Shown here: piece by piece, positions 57,839 to 64,000 of the stretch
How positions within the stretch are numbered: the first letter of the stretch is position 1
Layout of the letters: every line of letters starts with the position of its first letter
Origin: Alphaproteobacteria bacterium CG11_big_fil_rev_8_21_14_0_20_39_49
GTDB taxonomy: Bacteria > Pseudomonadota > Alphaproteobacteria > Rickettsiales > UBA6187
Reading direction: 5' to 3'
Length of the DNA: 64,000 bases
Assembly: GCA_002787635.1 (NCBI GenBank)
Contig: PCXK01000015.1
Span: forward strand, 68,869-132,868
Translations under genes and position numbers: made by a program
The notes under the pieces: model-generated
What the model was told of the DNA's origin: nothing
The model's database searches: none
Seen by the model: only the letters and a program-made list of their open reading frames with translations

Positions 57839-58486
57839 TTACCCTATTGCCGTAATACGGTTAATAGCTTGCTCCTTAACCATTGAAGAATAATTATTAT
57901 AACGGCTAATTGTTGCCGAGTTACTGCCAATATAATTTTTATTGAGGTTTTTTGTAATATCATAATTTTTATTATTATATTTTTCATATGCAGTCGAAAT
58001 TGTTTGCATGGTTTGTTGAGAAGGAACCCAATTAATTTGTAAGCCGATAGCATCGCTCACTTCTATTATCTTATCTTTATAAAAAGCCGACTCACGCTCT
58101 CCTTTAGTGATTCCACTGAAGTGATGCTTGCTATAATATTCTATATCAGATTGATTGAATCCTGAGGCTACTCCGTTTACAAAATTAACAAGCTCGGCAT
58201 GATCTTCTTTATTTATCTTTGCGTACAAGCTTTTAAGTTTGGGGTTTGCTTTAACCATATTATTAGCCAAATGCAAATAATCACTATTCACATCGGTAAT
58301 AGGTCTATCTTCTCCTTTGCTATCTACATAAATAGATTTAAGGTGTTTATTAAGCCCTTCTATACTATCAAAACCATCAGGTAAATTATAGTCCTCACTT
58401 ACCTTTAAATTAGTACCGTATTTTTTATTGAAAGCTCTTTCAAACCTGACTGAAGGGCAAAACTGCAAGTCCTTTTCTCTAAGCAT
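57839..58486 (-). CDS. Hypothetical protein (215 aa), AT-rich orphan
   Basis: ORF only, N/K/Y-rich, no family recognised. Convergent with mreB, 3 nt from its stop. Confidence 0.4.
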   Translation of the reverse strand: MLREKDLQFCPSVRFERAFNKKYGTNLKVSEDYNLPDGFDSIEGLNKHLKSIYVDSKGEDRPITDVNSDYLHLANNMVKANPKLKSLYAKINKEDHAELVNFVNGVASGFNQSDIEYYSKHHFSGITKGERESAFYKDKIIEVSDAIGLQINWVPSQQTMQTISTAYEKYNNKNYDITKNLNKNYIGSNSATISRYNNYSSMVKEQAINRITAIG

Positions 58487-58560
58487 TATATAATCCCGAC
58501 AAAATTGTTAATTTTTTTATTCTTATATCGCAAATATAAAAAAATCAATAAATTGTTGAG

Positions 58561-58782
58561 TTACAACAACCAAAGCTCGGTTGTTTTAAGATTATCGTCC
58601 ATTTCATATTCAACCACGTCCTGATCTATAAGGCTAACTATTGCAGCACTTACCTTCTCACCGTCAGTAATTCCTTTTTCTGCACATTTAGCTATCAGAT
58701 CGTCAGGTCTTATCATATTTTCCTGACCGTAACATTTTGCTTCTTTCATTATCCGGACGATTAACTCTTCACCATTATCCAT
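58561..58782 (-). CDS. Small acidic hypothetical protein (73 aa), translationally coupled to mrp
   Basis: The ATG overlaps the mrp stop (ATGGATAA, 8-nt overlap), with GGAGAA 7 nt upstream. Confidence 0.5.
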   Translation of the reverse strand: MDNGEELIVRIMKEAKCYGQENMIRPDDLIAKCAEKGITDGEKVSAAIVSLIDQDVVEYEMDDNLKTTELWLL

Positions 58783-59863
58783 TTAATTTCTCCAGTTCTT
58801 TCTTAAATTTTAATGCTATTTTATCAAGCAAAAGCAGGTTATCCGCAGGCTTTCCTATATCTGCCGATTCCCTTAAATTCTGGTCGATAGGTATTTCACC
58901 CAAGAAAGGTATATCCATATCTTTTGCCAGATTTTTAGCTCCGCCTTCACCGAATATATAATTTTTTTTACCCCTGTCATCTTCAAAATAGCTCATATTC
59001 TGCACTATTCCTAAAATCGGGACATTTATTTTCCTGAACATGGTAATAGCTTTTTTTACATCTATAAGTGCCACCTCCTGAGGGGTGGAAACAACTACCA
59101 CGCCGTTTATATCATAGCTTTTGCAAAGACTAAGCTGTATATCACCCGTACCCGGAGGGGTATCTACTATCAGATAGTCAAGCTGCCCCCAGTTAACACC
59201 CAGCATAAGCTGGTTCATGGCTTTTATTGCCATTGACGCACGCCATACTAAAGCATTATCCTCTTCTATCAGATAACCTATTGATACGGACTTTATACCT
59301 TCGGATTCTTTAGGGATTATTTTATTCTTATCGTCAAGGCTCGGCTTGCCTTTAAGTCCCAGCATCTTAGGTATGGAAGGGCCGTAAATATCGGCATCAA
59401 CCAAGCCGACCTTATGACCGAGGGAGCTTAGTCGCCTTGCAAGATTAACCGCAACCGTAGACTTCCCGACTCCTCCTTTACCCGATGCTACAAGAATAAT
59501 ATTTTTTACGTTCGGTATATTTTTACCGACAGGTAACTGAGCATTATTATTTTGCACCTTCTTTGCCGATGGCGAAGGTCTGGGAGAAGAAAAAGCCCCC
59601 GGTTGCGAGGAGGTCATAACAACCGTAACGCTGCTGACACCGTCTATCTTGCGGACGGCGTTTTCACATGTTTTCCTCAAGGCTTCCTTTTCCTCTGCCT
59701 TGTTTATGTCTACTTCCAGAGCAAACCCTACAGAAGATTCTTTGATTACAATTGAAGATACTATACCCGATTCAACGACACTTTTGCCCGAATCAGGATC
59801 GATTATCGGTTGTAATGCCGATAACACCTTGTCTTTACTTATTTCCAGTTTTAATTTTGACAT
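58775..59863 (-). CDS. apbC: Fe-S cluster carrier ATPase (Mrp/ApbC/NBP35 family)
   Basis: N-terminal DUF59-like domain (ALQPIIDPDSGKSVVESG), deviant Walker A ASGKGGVGKST, DTPPGTGD, CxxC-free bacterial Mrp layout. Confidence 0.9.
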   Translation of the reverse strand: MSKLKLEISKDKVLSALQPIIDPDSGKSVVESGIVSSIVIKESSVGFALEVDINKAEEKEALRKTCENAVRKIDGVSSVTVVMTSSQPGAFSSPRPSPSAKKVQNNNAQLPVGKNIPNVKNIILVASGKGGVGKSTVAVNLARRLSSLGHKVGLVDADIYGPSIPKMLGLKGKPSLDDKNKIIPKESEGIKSVSIGYLIEEDNALVWRASMAIKAMNQLMLGVNWGQLDYLIVDTPPGTGDIQLSLCKSYDINGVVVVSTPQEVALIDVKKAITMFRKINVPILGIVQNMSYFEDDRGKKNYIFGEGGAKNLAKDMDIPFLGEIPIDQNLRESADIGKPADNLLLLDKIALKFKKELEKLNG

Positions 59864-59971
59864 TCTCTTGAAATATTCCGTATATTGTTTATATTCTGTT
59901 TTATGACTTTTAACTCACATTCACGCTTATTAATATTAATATAGTAATTTTTTTCAAAAAGGGAAGACATT

Positions 59972-61195
59972 ATGCCTTGGGATGATGATAATCACAACGA
60001 TAAGGGACCGTGGGGACAAGCTCCGGGCGGTAAGAAACCGCAGGATAACAATCCCCAATCATCGAGGCAACAGCCCGATGACATAGACGAGATTATTCGT
60101 AAAAGTCAGGAGAAGATACGTGATATATTCGGTGGAGGCGGTAATCGTGGCGGCGGCGGCAAGGGCGGCGGTCGTGCAACTCCTCCTATAAACAGCAACA
60201 AATTAATCGGAGTAATAATCGCCATAGTCGGTTTGTTCTGGATAGGTTCCGGTGTTTATACGGTTAACACCAAAGAGGTGGGAGTAGTCCTAAGGTTCGG
60301 TGAGTTCGTGGGTACTACAAATCCGGGTATCAACTACCATTTACCGTTCCCCATTGAAAGGGTGATAAAACTAAAAGTAACCGACCGTTACCGTACACAG
60401 ATAGGAAATAATTCAACAGGCGGTACGGAACAACGCTTCGCTAATTTAAAGGATAACAGAAATTCTCGTAAGGAAATATTAATGCTTACCGGTGACGAGA
60501 ATCTCGTAAGCGTAGAGTTTGTCGAGGTTCAGTGGCAAATTGAAAACCCTGAAAAATTCCTGTTCAATGTATATGACCCCGAGATAACCGTAAGAGATGC
60601 GGCAGAAAGTGCTATACGTGAAGTTGTGGGCAAGACGAGGTTAAGTGAAATCCTGTCCGAGGGACGTGAAAAGCTACAGCTAGACACGGAAGAGCTTCTG
60701 CAAAGCATGCTTAGCTCATATGATATAGGAATAACCGTTGAAGATGTAAATATAAGTGCCGTTCCGCCTAAGACTACTATAGAGGTTATGAACAAGAGTA
60801 TTAACGAAAAAGGCGAGATAATCGACAAAGCCATAATTACCACAATTGATGAGGCGTTTAAGGACGTACAGGCGGCAAAAGCCAATAAAGAAGCCGCAAT
60901 CAATGCCGCACAGGCAAGGGAAAACGAGATAGTTCCTATTGCGCGCGGTAGGGCTGAGAAGTTGATTCAGGAAGCACAGGGTTATAAAGAGCAGATAATC
61001 GCTAAGGCGGAAGGTGAGGCGAAGCGTTTTGTGTCCGTTTATGATGAGTACCGTAAGGCAAAGGACGTGACCAGAAAACGTATATATCTTGAAACTATGG
61101 AAGAAGTTTTAAAAGGTATGAACAAAATAGTTCTGGATTCTAAAGGCGGTGTAGTTCCGTATCTTCCTCTTAATGAATTAAACAAAAAAAGGTAG
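59972..61195 (+). CDS. hflK: FtsH modulator HflK (SPFH/band-7)
   Basis: Gly-rich N-terminus, a TM segment, an SPFH domain (VYTVNTKEVGVVLRFGEF...), followed by hflC. Confidence 0.9.
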   Translation: MPWDDDNHNDKGPWGQAPGGKKPQDNNPQSSRQQPDDIDEIIRKSQEKIRDIFGGGGNRGGGGKGGGRATPPINSNKLIGVIIAIVGLFWIGSGVYTVNTKEVGVVLRFGEFVGTTNPGINYHLPFPIERVIKLKVTDRYRTQIGNNSTGGTEQRFANLKDNRNSRKEILMLTGDENLVSVEFVEVQWQIENPEKFLFNVYDPEITVRDAAESAIREVVGKTRLSEILSEGREKLQLDTEELLQSMLSSYDIGITVEDVNISAVPPKTTIEVMNKSINEKGEIIDKAIITTIDEAFKDVQAAKANKEAAINAAQARENEIVPIARGRAEKLIQEAQGYKEQIIAKAEGEAKRFVSVYDEYRKAKDVTRKRIYLETMEEVLKGMNKIVLDSKGGVVPYLPLNELNKKR

Positions 61196-61198
61196 GTC

Positions 61199-62095
61199 AT
61201 GAATAAAGGTTTGTTCGCAATAGTCGGCGTATTTATAGTACTGTTATTATTAAATTCATTTTTCATAGTTAACCAGACCGAACAGGTTATCGTACTGCAA
61301 TTCGGAAAACCCGTAGAATTTAGCGATGGCGGTGAGAAAGTCTCTTATATTAACAATCCGGGGCTTAAATTTAAGATACCTTTTATTCAGCAGGTAGTAA
61401 GGTTTGATAAGCGTGTTTTATATTTTGAAGCTGCGGACAAGGAGATATTGGACTCTGAGAATAAGACTCTTACCGTTAGTGCTTTTGCAAAATATAAAAT
61501 AACCGATCCCCTTACATTCTATGAAAAAGTTACCGACCTGAGGGGCATTAATTCAAAGCTTGATAAGATATTCGAATCAAGCCTGCGTGATGCTATAGGT
61601 AAAGCTCCTCTTCAGACCCTGCTTACGGATAACAGAAAAGGGATAATGAAAGAAATTAACGATAGCGTTGTTGAAAAGTCTTTAGCATTCGGGATACAGG
61701 TGACCGATGTAAGGATAGTAAGAGCCGATCTGCCTAAAGAGAACTCCGACGCTATTTTCCAAAGAATGTACACCGACCGTAACAAAGAGGCACGTGAATA
61801 CAGGGCACAAGGTCAGGAAGAAGCTCAGAAGATAGTTTCAAAAGCTGAAAAACTGGCGACAATAATCATTGCCGAGGCGGAGCGTGACTCACAGATAATC
61901 CGAGGTGAGGGTGATGCTAAGGCAACAAAGATATTTGCCGATGCTTTTAACCGTGACTCGGAATTTTTCAGTTTTTACCGCTCAATGCAGGCATATAAAG
62001 GAAGTATCAATAAAGACAGCACGAGTATGGTGTTGTCTCCTGACAGTGAGTTTTTAGGTTATTTCGGTGACATAAACGGTGTGCGGAAAAGATAG
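61199..62095 (+). CDS. hflC: FtsH modulator HflC (SPFH/band-7)
   Basis: N-terminal TM, an SPFH domain (FIVNQTEQVIVLQFGKP...), C-terminal ...AEAERDSQIIRGEGDAKATKIFADAF. Confidence 0.9.
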   Translation: MNKGLFAIVGVFIVLLLLNSFFIVNQTEQVIVLQFGKPVEFSDGGEKVSYINNPGLKFKIPFIQQVVRFDKRVLYFEAADKEILDSENKTLTVSAFAKYKITDPLTFYEKVTDLRGINSKLDKIFESSLRDAIGKAPLQTLLTDNRKGIMKEINDSVVEKSLAFGIQVTDVRIVRADLPKENSDAIFQRMYTDRNKEAREYRAQGQEEAQKIVSKAEKLATIIIAEAERDSQIIRGEGDAKATKIFADAFNRDSEFFSFYRSMQAYKGSINKDSTSMVLSPDSEFLGYFGDINGVRKR

Positions 62096-62122
62096 TAAAT
62101 ATATTTTGTATTTGAGGGATTT

Positions 62123-63616
62123 ATGATTAGAAATAATGCTATTACAAGATTACTTGTAGCTATTACGGTTTTCATCTTATTTGCGGTAAAAGCCACAGCG
62201 GCAAATGCCCCGCAGAGCTTTGCCGATCTGGTGGAGAAGCTAAACCCTGCCGTTGTTAATATATCGACCACTCAAACAATAGAAGGATCATCTTTAAGTC
62301 CGTTCGGTCAGTTCTTCCACTTTGAAGGTCCAAACGGTGATAATCTTGGCGAGTTGCCCGAACTGTTCAAAAAATTCTACGGTGAGCCTTTCGGCAATTT
62401 AGAAGGCAACAAACAAAAGCGTGAAACAACATCATTAGGCTCCGGTTTCGTTATATCTGAAAAAGGTTATATAGTTACCAACCACCATGTTATAGATAAA
62501 GCCGACGAGATAACTATAATATTTAATGATGATACGGAAGCTACCGCAAAAGTAGTAGGTTCCGATGCTAAAACAGATATTGCGGTATTAAAAATAGAGA
62601 CGGATAAAAAATTGCCGTTCGTAAAATTCGGTAACTCCGACAAAGCAAGAGTGGGGGACTGGGTAATAGCTATCGGTAATCCTTTCGGGCTTGGCGGCTC
62701 GGTATCGGCAGGAATAATCTCTGCCCGTGCAAGGGATATAAATGCAGGTCCTTTCGATGATTTTATACAGACCGATGCGGCGATAAACAGAGGCAATTCA
62801 GGCGGTCCTATGTTTAATGTCGAAGGGGAAGTAATCGGTGTTAACTCGGCTATATTTTCGCCATCGGGCGGTAACGTAGGTATCGGCTTTGCCGTACCGG
62901 CTAATCTTGCGGAACCTGTTATAAATCAGTTAATTGAAACAGGTCATATCGAGCGTGGTTGGCTGGGTGTTAAAATACAGACGGTAACAGATGAGATTGC
63001 CGAAAGTATAGGAATGAAAGATTCCAACGGAGCTTTGGTCGTAGATGTTCAGGCAAAAAGCCCTGCCGATAAAGGCGGTTTAAAAGCCGGTGATGTCATT
63101 ATCAGCTTTGACGGCAAGGACGTTGAGACAATGAGGAGGTTGCCGAGGATTGTTGCGGAAACTCCGGTAGGTAAAAAAGTGCCTGTAGTAGTTTGGAGAA
63201 AAGGGGAGAAGAAAACCGTAATTGTTACTATTGCGTTGCTTGATGAATCAGATGGTGATGCTTCCAAATCAGCAGATGGAAAATCAGATGGTACGAAAGA
63301 CTCTAAAAAAGCAGATGTGGCAATTGCAGGTATCGGGATACAGGATATTACAAAAACGTACCGTGATACATATAATATTGATGCGAACACCAAAGGCGTT
63401 GTTATCACCGATATAGACCCTAAAAGCGAGGCATCTTCAAAGCCGATAAAAGCAGGTGATGTTATTACGGCAATTAACCAGACTCAGGTTAATTCGGTAA
63501 AAGAAGCTAAGGAAGTTTTTGATGCTGCCGTTTCAAAAAAACGCAAATCGGTATTACTATTGATTAACAGAGGCGGTGACACTTTATTCATTGCCGTTCC
63601 GATAGAGAAGAAATAG
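62123..63616 (+). CDS. degP: Periplasmic serine endoprotease DegP/HtrA (Do family), two PDZ domains
   Basis: Signal peptide, catalytic TNHHV / DIAVLK / GNSGGPMF triad contexts, two PDZ-like regions. Confidence 0.9.
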   Translation: MIRNNAITRLLVAITVFILFAVKATAANAPQSFADLVEKLNPAVVNISTTQTIEGSSLSPFGQFFHFEGPNGDNLGELPELFKKFYGEPFGNLEGNKQKRETTSLGSGFVISEKGYIVTNHHVIDKADEITIIFNDDTEATAKVVGSDAKTDIAVLKIETDKKLPFVKFGNSDKARVGDWVIAIGNPFGLGGSVSAGIISARARDINAGPFDDFIQTDAAINRGNSGGPMFNVEGEVIGVNSAIFSPSGGNVGIGFAVPANLAEPVINQLIETGHIERGWLGVKIQTVTDEIAESIGMKDSNGALVVDVQAKSPADKGGLKAGDVIISFDGKDVETMRRLPRIVAETPVGKKVPVVVWRKGEKKTVIVTIALLDESDGDASKSADGKSDGTKDSKKADVAIAGIGIQDITKTYRDTYNIDANTKGVVITDIDPKSEASSKPIKAGDVITAINQTQVNSVKEAKEVFDAAVSKKRKSVLLLINRGGDTLFIAVPIEKK

Positions 63617-63816
63617 CAAGCTACGGGAAGGGGGGCTTTACCTCTTTCCGCTAATTAGTCCCTTCACTCGCTTGCGAGGGAGGGTTAGGGAGGTGGCTAT
63701 AACTTGAGGCAAAACAAATACTTGTAAGTAAAGAACCCCTCACAAAACACTATCGTGTTTTAACTCTCCCTCAAGGGGAGAGTAGTTTTTTAGGAATTTT
63801 GCAGAAGATTTTGTAG
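63617..63816. repeat. Palindromic repeat family B, copy B3 (starts directly after the degP stop)
   Basis: cccttcactcgcttgcgagggagggttagggaggtgg...cccctcacaaaacactatcgtgttttaactctccctcaaggggagagtagttttttaggaattttgcagaag is near-identical to B2 over the right about 110 bp. Confidence 0.65.
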
Positions 63817-63933
63817 CATTTCCTAGTGAAAAGAAAATTATAAGGGGATCTTATATAACCCTAACTATGGATAAGAACTGCCGTAACCGATTGAAAAAGA
63901 AGTAATACACGACAAGCTCGTTTACGTATAAAA

Positions 63934-64000
63934 AGTCCGTCATACTATGGCTTGACCATAGTATCCAAGCTTAAAAATAATGCACACACTTTGTGTGTAC
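63934..64000. repeat. Palindromic repeat family D, copy D2 (truncated by the window end)
   Basis: gtccgtcatactatggcttgaccatagtatccaagcttaaaaataatgcacacactttgtgtgtac parallels 52272-52338, with compensatory changes in both hairpin stems. Confidence 0.6.

Noticed and set aside
57836-58486. Absence of mreC/mreD downstream of mreB as evidence for loss of the rod system
   Set aside because: Gene order varies and the genes may lie elsewhere. This is recorded only as context for the orphan-gene finding.
60121-60180. GGC/GGT-rich tract in hflK
   Set aside because: It encodes the Gly-rich linker (GGGGNRGGGGKGGGR) common in HflK N-termini. It is not a regulatory or slippage element as far as can be seen.

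Overview
This is an AT-rich bacterial chromosome segment. Gene content and order look alphaproteobacterial, Rickettsiales/Holosporales-like; the taxon is an inference. Supporting order: rpmI-rplT-pheS-pheT, iscR-nifS-iscS-iscU-iscA-hscB-hscA, hflK-hflC-degP. Most of the window is housekeeping: glmS, lepA, pth, the isc operon, pgi, ychF, ppk-ppx, pyrC, ilvC, leuA, mreB, mrp, hflKC and degP. The accessory or unusual material is as follows. (1) A four-gene secreted hydrolase/deacetylase/TPR/beta-barrel operon (3982-11093) sits divergent from glmS plus an SDR epimerase; it reads like a split PelA/PelB-type exopolysaccharide modification-export module with no synthase in view. (2) At least four families of nested palindromic, RPE/MITE-like repeats fill the intergenic spaces. 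One roughly 140-bp copy sits in frame inside the signal peptide of an M16 peptidase-like gene. (3) An IS630-family element with TA duplication splits a 347-codon ORF that can be rebuilt exactly; its transposase is split at an A8 run. (4) A small AT-rich islet carries a Vat-type acetyltransferase plus a type II C5-methyltransferase/PD-ExK endonuclease pair. (5) Two divergent type IV pilin-like paralogs flank a lipoprotein gene. (6) HscB has a mitochondrial-type N-terminal Cys4 motif. (7) There is a frameshifted DUF5329-like gene, a low-density region of small ORFs with strong Shine-Dalgarno sites (11164-12981), and several AT-rich orphan genes. I recognised no rRNA, tRNA or CRISPR array by eye. 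All homology calls rest on motif recognition from the translated ORFs, not on database searches.
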